From the NCBI GenBank assembly GCA_002269645.1, contig NIVC01003369.1:37455-101454 (forward strand): a stretch of 64,000 nucleotides of DNA, written 5' to 3'. Under the pieces are notes generated by a model, which did no database searches, had not been told where the DNA came from, and saw nothing but the letters and a program-made list of their open reading frames with translations. Made by a program: the position numbers and the translations under genes. Source of the DNA: Macrostomum lignano. Its lineage: Eukaryota. Positions within the stretch are counted from its first letter, which is position 1, and each line of letters starts with the position of its first letter. Below are positions 13,691 to 25,559 of this stretch, piece after piece.

Positions 13691-16600
13691 AGTGAGCTCC
13701 GTCAGCACAGCTGACAGGCTGGCAGGCTGGAAGCCTGGCCTAGCAACCAGGTACAGCTGGCAGGAGTCGCCACGCACGGCATAGCAGGCGCAGTCCTGCA
13801 GACTCCAGCCGAGCTGCATCTTGCGACGCGCCAGCAGTGGGGCGGCCACAGCATCCGCCGCCTGATCCTCGGAGAACTGCGGCGCGCTGTGGGCGATCAA
13901 CCGCAACAGATGAGGCGCGGAGGCTGGGCGGATGGCGGACACGATGCAGCTGTTGGCGGCAGCGTCTCGGTAGCAGAGGCAGTCGATGTTGGGGTCCAGG
14001 TTCAGCTTGTCGGGCAGGCTGCGCTGAACACTGCCGAGTGCCTGCGGGAGTCAGTCAGTTGGTCATCTCAGTTGGCGCATGCACAGCCTGTTATGATCTT
14101 TGATTGGCTAAAGCTTCCCAGGCATAATATTCCCAGACAGTAACATTCACATGAAACAATACCCCCTGGCTCACAACACAATGACACAACACCCACCTGA
14201 CAAAGTACCACAGACGTACAGTAACACTCACCTGACCAAAAACCTGACAACACCAACCAGACACAACACCTACCTGACACAAAACACCTGAAACAAATCC
14301 CACATGACACAAATCCCACATGACACAACACCCACCTGACACAAAACCCACCTGACACAAATCCCACATGACACAAATCCCACCTGACACAAAACCCACC
14401 TGACACAAAACCCACCTGACACAACACCCATCTGACACAAAACCCACCTGACACAACACCCATCTGACACAAATCCCACTTGACACAAAACCCACCTGAC
14501 ACAAAACCCATCTGACACAAAACCCACCTGACACAAAACCCACCTGACACAACACCCATCTGACACAAAACTAACTTGACACAATACCCACCTGACACAA
14601 CACCCACCTGACACAACACCACCTGACACAACACCCACCTGACACAACACCCACCTGACACAACACCCACCTGACACAACACTCCGCTGACGGGAGTCCA
14701 GGCGGCCTCGGCGTGCCGCAGGATGTCAGTCAGCGTCGGCTGGCCGCCGCAGACGCACAGAGCACAGACGCCGGGCAGCAGGGTGACGCGCGGCCAGCCG
14801 GAACACCAGAGTCTTGCTCAGGCTGCCGATGTACACAGGCACGTCGGCGCTGCCGCCATCAGCCGCCGCCAGCGCCAGGTGGCCCAGCAGGATCTGCTCG
14901 GTGGCTGACAGGAGGCGCCACTGCTGGGAGGCGGCGGCCCGGCGCCCGGCAACCAGCAGGCAGCCGTACTGGCAGGTGAACTTGGCCAAGTAGGCGGCCA
15001 GCGCCCGGTCCAGGGCGGCCTCCTCCGAGGCCTGGCCGCAGCGCAAGATGCTGGGGCGCAGAGAAGCTCGGCTGGGCCGCAGGCGGCGGCCAGCTGCGGC
15101 AGCAGGGTGCGCAGCGGCTGCAGGCGCTTTGCGGCGCTAGCCTGTATTATTCAAATTATTTGACTGTTTTGGAATGTTTAAAATTTTTGGGATGGGATAG
15201 GATGCAAAGGTCGAAAATTCCTTTCAGCTACCATCAGGCTCGCCCCGCTGACACCCTGTTTGACGCATCAGAAATTGCCTTTGGAGCCTCTGACACCCAG
15301 CCTGGCGCCTCTAACAGCCAATCTGGCGCCTCTGACACCCAATCTGGCGCCTCTGACACCCAATCTGGCGCCTGACACCCAGCCTGGCGCCTCTGACACC
15401 CAATCTGGCGCCTCTGACACCCAATCTGGCGCCTGACACCCAGCCTGGCGCCTCTGACACCCAATTAATCTGGCGCATCTGAAACCCAGTCTGGCGCCCT
15501 TGACACCAATTAATCTGGCGCATCTGACACCCAGTCTGGCGCCTTGACACCCAATCTGGCGCCTCTGACACCAATCTGGCGCTCTGACACCCAGCCTGGC
15601 ACTCTGATACCCAATCTGGCGCCTCTGACACCCAGCCTGGCACCTCTGATACCCAATCTGGCATCCCTAACAACACAATCTGGCGCCTGACACTCAGCTT
15701 GGCGCCTCTGACACCCAATCTGGCGCCTGACACCCAGCCTGGCTCCTCTGACACCCAATCTGGCGCCCTCGACACCCGATCTGGCGCCTCTGAAACCTGA
15801 TCTGGCGCCCCTGACACCCAATCTGGCGCCTGACACCCAGCCTGGCGCCTCTGACACCCAATTAATCTGGCGCATCTAACACTCAATCTGGCACCTCTGA
15901 CACCCAATCTGGCGCCCTCGACACCCAATCTGGCGCCCTCGACACCCGATCTGGCGCCTCTGAAACCTGATCTGGCGCCCCTGACACCCAATCTGGCGCC
16001 TGACACCCAGCCTGGCGCCTCTGACACCCAATTAATCTGGCGCATCTAACACTAAATCTGGCACCTCTGACACCCAGTCTGGCGCCTCTGACATTCAGTC
16101 TAGCGCCCTGACACCCGATCTGGCGCCTCTGACGCCAAATCTGGCGCCCCTGACACCCAGTCTGGCTTAGACAGTCAGTTAGTTAGCAGGGGGCTTTAGG
16201 CGCTACCGCAAATCAAGTGACAGTCACAGTCGACTTGCAGAAAGCACACAGGTAAGCTAATTAGCTAAGCTAATTGAATTTAACATTTACTGATAAAGCC
16301 GGCCCACGCACCTGGGGTCCTCCTCTGAATGGAACATTCGCACCGCGCCGGCCAACAGAGCGGCCAGGCTGTCCAATTCCTGCAGGTGCTGCCGGCAGCC
16401 GCAGGCGACCAGGACGCAGCTGAGGCCGGGGTGGACCTCGAACCAGCGCGCCGAATCTGCGCCAGAGCTGGCGGCGCCAGTCGAGGTGGCCCGACGGAGG
16501 CGGCAGCGGCGCCTGTCGGCGAACACCTCGCTGGTGACGAGAGTTGCCAGGGTTGCCTGCGTGCGGAAATGACGCATATATGCTTACTTTTCCTGTTATC

Positions 16601-16995
16601 TTACTTACTTACTGACTTTAAGTAGTCCGCAGAGAATATTGTAACAATGTTTTGTGTTGTGCCAGGATCAGTTTTTTCGACAGAGAAAGAAGATGCAGAT
16701 GCAAGCAAGAGGACGCTAAGATAGACTAAGTCGAAAGGCAAATAAGAAAAACTTATAAGTGGAAATATCAAAGTTTGTCTATCGATCTCTCTATCGATTA
16801 AGGTTTTTCATGCACCGAGTTTTGCAATCCAGGCCCCACCTGCAGCAGCTCGGCGCGATCAGCTGACTGTTGCAGTGTCAATGGCTCCAGACTGTGGCTG
16901 CAGCGGCACCCAACAGTTCCATTGTCCCAGGTGAACACTGGGCCAGCAGCCTCCTGAGACCAGATGCAGATTATTAGTCTGCCCTGTTGCAGAGC
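13673..16995 (-). CDS. FUZ: Fuzzy planar cell polarity protein; exons 16995-16840, 16556-16312, ~15136-14671, 14041-13673; start exon not found; two compensating frameshifts in exon 3
   Basis: Collinear similarity to human FUZ as recalled: LIICIWSQEAAGPVF ~ LLCLAASSGVPLF; YGCLLVAGRRAAASQQWRLLS...ADVPVY ~ FVSLVVSGRVVAATEGWWRLG...RDYPVY; VTLLPGVCALCVCGGQPTL ~ LTLLPSLELCLLCGPSPPL; QRSLP ~ PRALP; C-terminal CACY. Exons total 1236 nt (412 codons). The exon 3 acceptor (15136 vs 15141) is uncertain. Confidence 0.85.
14190..14682. repeat. 16-bp minisatellite built from the FUZ exon 3/donor junction
   Basis: Sense-strand unit GTGTTGTGTCAG|GTGG repeats from the donor at 14670 into the intron, diverging with distance. 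Confidence 0.92.
15285..16170. repeat. ~21-bp minisatellite in FUZ intron 2
   Basis: Unit TGACACCCAATCTGGCGCCTC and variants. Confidence 0.95.
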
Positions 16996-19711
16996 CTGGA
17001 ATTTGAGGAATTTGCAAGGTTACAAAGATTGAAGCTGTGAGTACTCCAAATACACAAGATAATCTTTTGGCATATATAATATCAAATCAAAATGGTATGC
17101 ACCAAACATGGTGGAAATCTGTAATAAGGCAACATGACCACACAAAAAATAACTGTAAAGTATAAATTCGAACCAGAACCATAAAATATAGACTAGCCTA
17201 AAATTAACAAACAAAAGTAAGCTTTGAGTTTTCAGTTCCTTCTATAAATAGACCATTTGAAAATCTATAATTCTATTAAATCTATAATTATAAAACATAA
17301 ACTATAATAAGTAAATAGTGCAGTACACATCTTTTTATGCAGCTAGAATGAAATACACTCAATGTACCTTATTAACTGCACGAAAGTTGTTAAATTTATT
17401 ACTTTTAAGTTTTAGACAAGCCTTACATGCTAGGAGTTGTGCAAATATAGTAGGGAAGCTAACCCTGCTAAACGTTTTTAGCAAAAAAATTAGCGGCTTA
17501 AAGTAAAATAATATCTAACTGGATAGCTTTTAACGTTGTAACAAAACTATATAATATGGAAATATGCTAAGCCAAGGCCAAGCAAGCAAGCAATTAAAAG
17601 CAAATAATAATATAGAGTCAAACTTGAGATTTTTGATCACACGATAGCTCAAAATTGAAGTAATAAGGTCAGTAGTTACTTCAAAGATTTAGTTTACACA
17701 CAGACAGCCAGTGCAATTACTTATAGTTCTTGCAAGCCGCACGGCACCGCCTAGCGCTTAAAAGTCTACATGACCGGATTCCGATAATTCTTAATTACAG
17801 AATATGTTAAAAAGAAGCATCTAAAATAAGAAAAAAACTTTAGAAGAAAAAAATTAAGAATTATTCAAATCGCAAAAAAGTACTGAAGTGTTAGTTGCAG
17901 CATAAAACAATAAAAATTTCCTCAAAGCACATAAAAAGTCGTTACATTGTTATGTTAAGTAACAAAACTTTAAATTATAACATTCTTGGAAATGACAAAT
18001 ATTTATAAATAAAAAATTTTTATTATTACACTTAGTGATACGAAGAGTTGCCTAAATCTATATAACATTACATGAAAAACTTCACTGACAAATAGTATAC
18101 ATTTCTTATAATCTAATAGAAAATTACAAAAATGAAGACAAGAACCTTTTTTATGTTATTGAATCGACCCAGGTGGTTGATGTGTTTGTGGTCCGTAGAT
18201 CACATTCTATACTAACTAACAACGTTTTTACTTTTATTTTTTGCGCGACCTTTTTAAAGCTCTTGAAGGGTAATGATTGGGTTCACCAGTTCACCCTCCA
18301 AAAAATATAACAAAAAGCTGCTCTCCTAAAGGGCTAGAGGGCACGCACAAGTTTAAAATTATAGGCGCTAGTATAACGTTTCGTGCTCTATAAAAAATAA
18401 ACATTTTTTCAGTTTTTCAGTCTGAATTTTTTAGAACTTTTTGCTATGTAGTTTGTTGCATTTATTGGTAGAAGTTGTAAACTGCTAGGTTTTTTAGACC
18501 TATTCTATTGCTATATTTCTTGATTTGATTCACAAATTTTGAACTCACATTTAATTTAAGTACTTCTGAAAGCAGATTAAATAAAGACAAAGTACTGTAC
18601 TATACTATAATTTATAAACCAATAAAATTGAATACTATAATATTTTATTCTAAAACAAAAAGATATAGATAGTAGACTAAAATGCCTATGAAGAATATAT
18701 GATTATTTTATTTTAATAATATAAATAGCCTAGCATTTTTATTGAGTCTATTTAGCATAGTTTTGAATTTTAGCTTTGGTGATGACTCATTTACTTTTAT
18801 GTTATGAATATAAAAAAATCTGGCATATTATTAGTGGTTAGATAATAGCAATAATACTGTAGAAGTGCTATAATTAGTATAATATTATAATAGTATATCA
18901 ATTATGACTAATAAATAGAAAATTCCAATTGATAGCTAATATCAATTAGTAAAATGCACCTAAAATTTCAATTTGTGGGAGGTTTGTATCTATTAGGCAT
19001 GTCTATATGGGTTTTTTAAAGCTTTAATCTTGTTGCATATATAAAAGTATTGAGTCATGAGTCTGATACTCTAAACACTAGACTATGATGTGTTCCTTAT
19101 TACTAAGACCTTTCTCAGTAATCAAAGAACAATCACTTCTAGCTACTGCTAGGCAACCCAGTAATCAACTGAAGGTAGTTATTACCTTGAATCCGGATTA
19201 GTTCTTCTTGAGATGAGTAGATCTCGACTGCAAGTAGTCTCTATAGATCAGGCACCTTACTTCTTTGTAGTTCTGGTCCTTTGCACTTTTACTTCCGCTG
19301 GAGTGTCTCCGGCCAGTATCTGTTGTTCGGACCAATCAGAAGCTTCAAATTAACAATGGGATCCCTGCGCCAAACTGCGGTTTCAAATAAGCCTTCTCCT
19401 TCTAGCAGTGCCTCAATGTACTCTAGGTATAGCTCTGGTAATCACTGATAGTCTTCTAAGATCTATCAGGGTAGTCCTTCTGGAGACTATAACCAATGAA
19501 GTCTCAATAGACTCAAGAGTCTCAACAGACTCAATCTCAACAACAATAATGAGTCGACTCAGACAATGGGCGCAAATGAGTAAGGCTTACCACAAGAACT
19601 CGACCAAGTCTCGATTAACTTAGTCTTCAGGAAGTCCTCCTAAGGCTTCCTCTTTGGAGCATCTCCTTCAGGAGGTTCGGTTGTTGGCTCTGGGTCTGTT
19701 TTGGACCACTT

Positions 19712-19910
19712 GTATTTATAGGCAATTTTGCAAACCATAAATAGCAACATGACTCGGGTGTTGCCCTATAAAGGGTAACATGACTCATTTTTGTGCTATA
19801 ATTAGTAACGATAGATAATAGATTCTGGGTTATAAATTATCATGATTCATTCCTTACTATAAGTAGTATCATGACTCATTCATTTGCTATAAATAGTAAC
19901 ATGATTCAGG
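19712..19910. promoter_or_regulatory. Six ~30-bp-spaced TATA + TGA(C/T)TCA units plus an opposite-strand TATA box
   Basis: Consensus TATAAATAGTAACATGACTCA at ~19736, 19767, 19797, 19831, 19858, 19888; CCTATAAATAC on the minus strand at 19722-19712. Function is inferred only. Confidence 0.45.
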
Positions 19911-20286
19911 GTTTCAATACACATGTGTGCACTAGTCTACTTACAGTAGCATTCTATGATTAAACTTTTACATTAACAATTTTTATGCCTTTTTGTGGGC
20001 GGTAGAACACTACAACTACAACCCCTTAGGTTGCCAATAGAGTTCCAATAAATAATCTCTATTAGATATTTTGTTGACTAGCAGGCAAAACAGGCTAAAC
20101 TGCCTGATAAGCCTAAGTTAGTACTAATTATTTATGGTTAGTAGCACTAATTAGGTGACGAGGCATTGACGAAGTGTTACTCCTGCCGTTTACCAACTTT
20201 ATCGCAATTTAGTGGGATAAAACACATTACCCGGGCTTAGTTATTCTGCAATCGCCAATGTGATTGCAAATCGCCTTCCAGCAGAC

Positions 20287-20511
20287 ATGACAAACGCCTA
20301 CAGCTTTGATGGCGCCCTGGTGATGTCGCTGCTGTTTGTTTGCACCTGCGCCTACCTGCGCCGGGTACCCCGCCTGCGGCAGTGGTGCTTCTCAGAGAAG
20401 TCGGGCCTGTGGGGCGTCCTGTACAAGGGGGCGGTGATCGGAGTCCGGCTGCACATTGTCGTGGCCATCGCCTGCACTGTGATGGCATTCTACGTGCTGT
20501 TTGTGCGATGA
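20287..20511 (+). CDS. TMEM167B: Protein kish-B, 74 aa, intronless CDS
   Basis: [74 protein letters not shown] matches the kish-B pattern (MTNVYSLDG...LLFVCTCAY...VPRL...SEKKG.WG..YKAAVIG.RLH) over its full length. Confidence 0.96.
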   Translation: MTNAYSFDGALVMSLLFVCTCAYLRRVPRLRQWCFSEKSGLWGVLYKGAVIGVRLHIVVAIACTVMAFYVLFVR

Positions 20512-20759
20512 GCTCACCTCTGAACTCGCCTTCCCAGTTGCCATCGAATCCCCGAATCTTTATTCAATTCTGCTTCAATCCGTGCCCTCTCTGCTGGTGG
20601 TTTTGGTGATTGCACTTGAGAGTCTCTGTGTATTTCAATTATAGAATAGAAACTGATCTAGTGATCTTAACTCCTGTCCTGCTTAAAGACCCATTGTATT
20701 GAGAAGTTACTGACTGCTTGTGTCTCTCTTCTTTTCATGAAATTCTCCCAATTTTTACT

Positions 20760-21500
20760 GCTCCACTTTATTCACCCACTCTCCTTAACCTACTCTCATT
20801 CACCCGCCATCTCATTCACCCACTCTCATTCGCCCACTCTCTCATTCGCCCACTCTCTCATTCGCCCACTCTCTCATTCGCCCACTCTCATTCACCCTTT
20901 CTCTCCTTAAACTACTCTCATTCACACGCCATATCATTCACCCACTCTCTCATTCACCCACTCTCATTCACCCACTCTCATTCACCCACTCTCTCATTCG
21001 CCCACTCTCTCTCTAACCTACTCTCCTTAACCTACTCTCTCTCTAACCTACTCTCCTTAACCTACTCTCATTCACCCACTCTCATTCACCCACTCTCATT
21101 CACCCACTCTCATTCACCCACTCTCATTCACCCACTCTCATTCACCCACTCTCTCATTCGCCCACTCTCTCTCTCTAACCTACTCTCTCCTTAACCTACC
21201 CTCCTTAACCTACTCTCATTCACCCACTCTCTCATTCGCCCACTCTCTCTCTCTCTCTAACCTACTCTCTTCTTAACCTACTCTCTCCTTAACATAGTCT
21301 CTCCTTAACCTACTCTCATTCACACACCATCTCATTCACCCACTCTCATTCACCCACTCTCATTCGCCCACTCTCTCATTCGCCCACTCTCCTATTCACC
21401 CAATCTCTCATTACACTCTCTCATTCTACTCTCTCATTCACCCACTCTCTCATTAATACTCTCATTCACACCATACCATTCACTCACACTCATTAAACCG
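20760..21500. repeat. Degenerate CT-rich minisatellite
   Basis: Mosaic of CACCCACTCTCATT and CTAACCTACTCT units. Confidence 0.9.
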
Positions 21501-22169
21501 ATCTCTCATTCATTCTCTTCCAATACTTGCTAAATTGACAGAAGTCTCTCAAGAGTCCATCCTCATTACTATTTGAAATGTTCATTGACAAGCTCCAAGA
21601 TTCGGCAGTTGACCCCGCCAGCCGAATGCTGCATCACCCCCCCCCCACAGTGCCAAATAAACTCCCCCAACATCTCTGACTGTCATACCTGCTGGATATG
21701 ATACTTGAGATGTTTCAAAGTTTACAAATAGTATGCACAGCCTATCTCAGTAACAGTCCCATTGCAGTGCTGCCCTGTGCCACCTTGTTGAGCAGAATCA
21801 TTTATTACCTGTAAATATTGGCAAACGAACAACTGGATCGAGGCGTCACAAATGCTTAAAGCTTTACGCGTTTTCTGTTACTATTAGTAGTTAAATTGGT
21901 TTCCTCGTTAACTTTTTTATTCGGAAAACTGCTATCTATATTTAGTTGCCTCGGTGTTTTGACTGCAGTTCTTTTGGATTAGTGGCGACTTTACTGCACT
22001 TGCTTGCGTACTCAGAAAGCTGAAAGAATTGCTATCAGCATATCACAATAGGAAGAGTTCTCATGGAAATATAACTGATCTGTATAGTTGATTGCTTGCT
22101 CAGACAAATTCATAGCCTCCGTTATTTTCTGCAATTTGAGTTTTTAATAGCCCTGTCAGAGCTCTCTGT

Positions 22170-22351
22170 GTATGTCTCTGTTTGTGTGTCTGTCTGCCTG
22201 TCTGTCTGTCTGTCTGTCTGTCTGACTGTCTGCTTGTCTGTCTGCCTGTCTTGCCTGTCTGTCTGTCTACCTGCCTGCCTGTCTGTCTGTCTGTCTGTCA
22301 GTGTCTGTCTTTCTTTCTGTCTGTCTGTCTGTCTGCCTGCCTGCCTGTCTT

Positions 22352-22398
<47 letters not shown>
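22170..22398. repeat. (TCTG)n microsatellite
   Basis: Direct observation. Confidence 0.97.
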
Positions 22399-22578
22399 TA
22401 GTGCCTGCCCTAATTTGCTATCTGTTGATGTTTCAGTCTCTGTCAGCGCTAAATCTTCCAAACTTTATTGTTGAGCTGCAGTATAAAAACTAATCCAGCT
22501 AGTAATGAGTGGCAGTTATTATACAGTTAAACATTTTTATCGCTGCCGGTGACGGCAGATCAAAGCCAGCTGCCAGCC

Positions 22579-24879
22579 ATGCCGCCACCCAGCGAGCTCC
22601 GCCTGTCCCTCTCAATCGCCTCGCACGCGGTCGCCCTGCTGTGCGTGGCGGCGCCTTCGATCGCGCTGCACTCGGGCGTCGGCCGTTCCGCCGCGAATTC
22701 TTCTGCACAGACGAGTCCATCGCCTACCCCTACAGAAAGGACACTGTGCCATTTGCACCGGCTGTCGGCGGCGGAATCGCTGTTGCCGTGGCAACCATCC
22801 TGGTGGTGGAGGCGCTGCGGCTGCTGTGCGACCAGCCGGCCGCGCGGGGGCAGCTGACGGATTGCCTGCAGCGGTGCCTGTCGGAGCGGTCGGCCGGCTT
22901 CGTGTCGGCGCTGCTGCGGGCCCTGTACGCCGGCGTGTTCGGCCTGCTGTGCACCGAGCTGGTCACCGTGGCCGGCAAGCTGGGCTTCGGCCGGCAGCGG
23001 CCGCATTTCCTGGCCGTCTGCCAGCTGCTCAACGCCAGCGCCTGCCGTCCTGGCCTGCTGCTCAGCCCGCTGGAGGCCTGCAGAGCGGCCACTGTGGCGC
23101 CCAAGGCGCTGGACGAGGCCAGCATGTCCTTCCCCAGCGGCCACTCCTCCTTCAGCATGTTCGTGGCCGTCTTCCTGGCGCTGTACCTGCAGGCTCGGCT
23201 GGGCTTCCGGCATCCAATGCATCCTGTGAAGAATGTCTGCCAGCTGGCCCTGCTGGCGCTGGCCGGGTGAGTGCTGCCGCGCAGTTCGGATCTTCTGCTG
23301 CTGGGTCATCTTCCCTCAGTTGCTAGGCAAACCTCCCAGATCCCTCAGTTGCTAGGCAAGCCTCCCAGATCCCTCAGTTTCTAGGCAAGCCTCCCATATC
23401 CCTCAGTTGCTAGGCAAGCCTCCCAGATCCTCAGTTGCTGGGCCAGCCTCCCAGATCCCCAGTTGCTGGGCCAGCTTCCTAGATCCCCAGTTGCTGGGCC
23501 AGCCTCCTAGATCCCCAGTTGCTGGGCCAGCCTCCCAGAGTGTCAGTTGCTGGGCCAGCCTCCCAGATCCTCAGTTGCTAAGCCAACCTCCCAGATCCTC
23601 AGTTGCTGGGGCAACCTCCCAGATCCTAAGTTGCTGGGCCAGCCTCCCAGATCCCTAGTTGCTGGGGCAACCTCCCAGATCCTCAGTTGCTGAGCCAGCC
23701 TCCCAGAGTGTCAGTTGCTAGGCAAGCCTCCCAGATCCTCAGTTGCTGGGCCAGCCTCCCAGATCCCCAGTTGCTGGGCCAGCCTCCCAAATCCTCAGTT
23801 GCTGGGCCAGCCTCCCAGATCCCTAGTTGCTGGGGCAACCTCCCAGATCCTCAGTTGCTGAGCCAGCCTCCCAGAGTGTCAGTTGCTAGGCAAGCCTCCC
23901 AGATCCTCAGTTGCTGAGCCAGCCTCCTAGATCCTCAGTTGCTGAGCCAACCTCCCAGATCCTCAGTTGCTGGGGCAACCTCCCAGATCCTCAGTTGCTG
24001 AGCCAGCCTCCCAGATCCTCAGTTGCTGGGCCAGCCTCCCAGATCCCTAGTTGCTGGGGCAACCTCCCAGATCCTCAGTTGCTGAGCCAGCCTTCCCGAG
24101 TGTCAGTTGCTGGGCAAGCCTCCCAGATCCCCAGTTGCTGGGCCAGCCTCCCAGATCCTCAGTTGCTGGGCCAGCCTCCCAGATCCTCAGTTGCTGAGCC
24201 AGCCTTCCCGAGTGTCAGTTGCTGGGCCAGCCTCCCAGATCCCCAGTTGCTAGGCAAGCCTCCCAGATCCCCAGTTTCTGGGCCAGCCTCCCAGATCCTC
24301 AGTTGCTGGGCCAGCCTCCTAGATCCTCAGTTGCTGAGCCAACCTCCCAGATCCTTAGTTGCTGGGGCAACCTCCCAGATCCTCAGTTGCTGAGCCAGCC
24401 TCCCAGATCCTCAGTTGCTGGGCCAGCCTCCCAGATCCCTAGTTGCTGGGGCAACCTCCCAGATCCTCAGTTGCTGAGCCAGCCTTCCCGAGTGTCAGTT
24501 GCTGGGCCAGCCTCCCAGATCCCCTGTTGCTGGGCAATCCCGAGATCTCAAAGATTAGTCGCCAGCACCCCAGGTGGCAGCACTGAGCAGTTGGCCTGAT
24601 TCCCCCGTCTCACCCGCTCGCAGCTTCGTGTGCGGCAGTCGCGTGTCTGACTATCACCACCACTGGAGCGACGTGCTGGCCGGCGCCTCCATCGGCGCCC
24701 TGTTCGGCTTCCTGATGTCGCTGAACTTCGCCGTCGGCCTGTCAATTTATCGGCCGCTGCGGCTGGTCGACTGCGACGGAGTCGGCGGCGGCGCCAGCTA
24801 CGAGCTGGTGGGCTCGGCCGACATTTCAAAGGCGGGCGACGACCCCTCCGCCGCCGCTGACGCTGACGCCCTGCCCTGA
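22579..24879 (+). CDS. PAP2-family phospholipid phosphatase (PLPP/wunen-like); exons 22579-23266, 24624-24879; one apparent -1 frameshift at ~22680
   Basis: RREFFCTDESIAYPYRKDTVP; catalytic motifs C1 KLGFGRQRP, C2 PSGH, C3 SRVSDYHHHWSDV. Intron GG|GTGAGT ... CGCAG|C. TM1 (HAVALLCVAAPSIAL) lies in a different frame; restoring one base gives 945 nt. Confidence 0.9.
23315..24545. repeat. 28-bp minisatellite in the PLPP intron
   Basis: Unit CCTCCCAGATCCTCAGTTGCTGGGCCAG; the same unit occurs at 34165-34525. Confidence 0.97.
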
Positions 24880-25559
24880 AGTCCCTTTTTTACGATTTTG
24901 CGATAAGTTTTGGTACGACATGTTCATTAGCTGCTACTTACTAGTTTTATTTCGTAGTATTGGCTGTGTAATTTTTATCCGCAAAGTTTTAAATCGCGAT
25001 TTCTTAACATATTTTCACGGATGCGTTTTTACTAAACCTTTTACCCTCTTGTTCTAACAAAGGCTAAACAACATTTCAGCCCTGTTTGTTATCTGGTTTG
25101 ACCTTCATTTGTGCCTTAATTCCATGAAATCAATCTCTCTTTGAGGACTGTTCTCTAACCCCAATATTTTAGACAGGTGTCCAGCTGTTCGAACAATTAT
25201 TAAAGCTCAAGTATACACCGTTTTAATCATATTTTTCTGATAAATTAGCTCTAAACAATGTGCTGTTGCTTTGTTTAGTCCTTCATTTCTTGCTAGGAAC
25301 TTTGTGCCCTAAATTGCAGGTAGGTTGAGACTTGTCAAATAGCGTTAACCTCAGTGCTTGGCTCGGCTTGTGTTGTTTATAGTGCTTTGCGGACTCCATT
25401 ATGGCTGCTAAGGCTGGATTACTGCGCTAATGGACCCTTCGTGCTAGAATTAGCTGGTGTTAATAGCGTGAGCCGCCATCCAGTGATTGGCATGGACAGC
25501 TTTGTCCTGCCTTGCCTTTGAGATTTAATGAATGCCCATGAGTATCCAGCTGCCATAGA

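Noticed and set aside
17733-17756. Small hairpin GCCGCACGGC followed by CTAG, like a Helitron 3' end
   Set aside because: The stem is only 4 bp, CTAG is followed by C rather than T, and no 5' TC end or second copy was found.
19500-19590. LRR-like peptide SLNRLKSLNRLNLNNNNE in one plus-strand frame
   Set aside because: Explained by a short internal duplication; no splice signals or further repeats.
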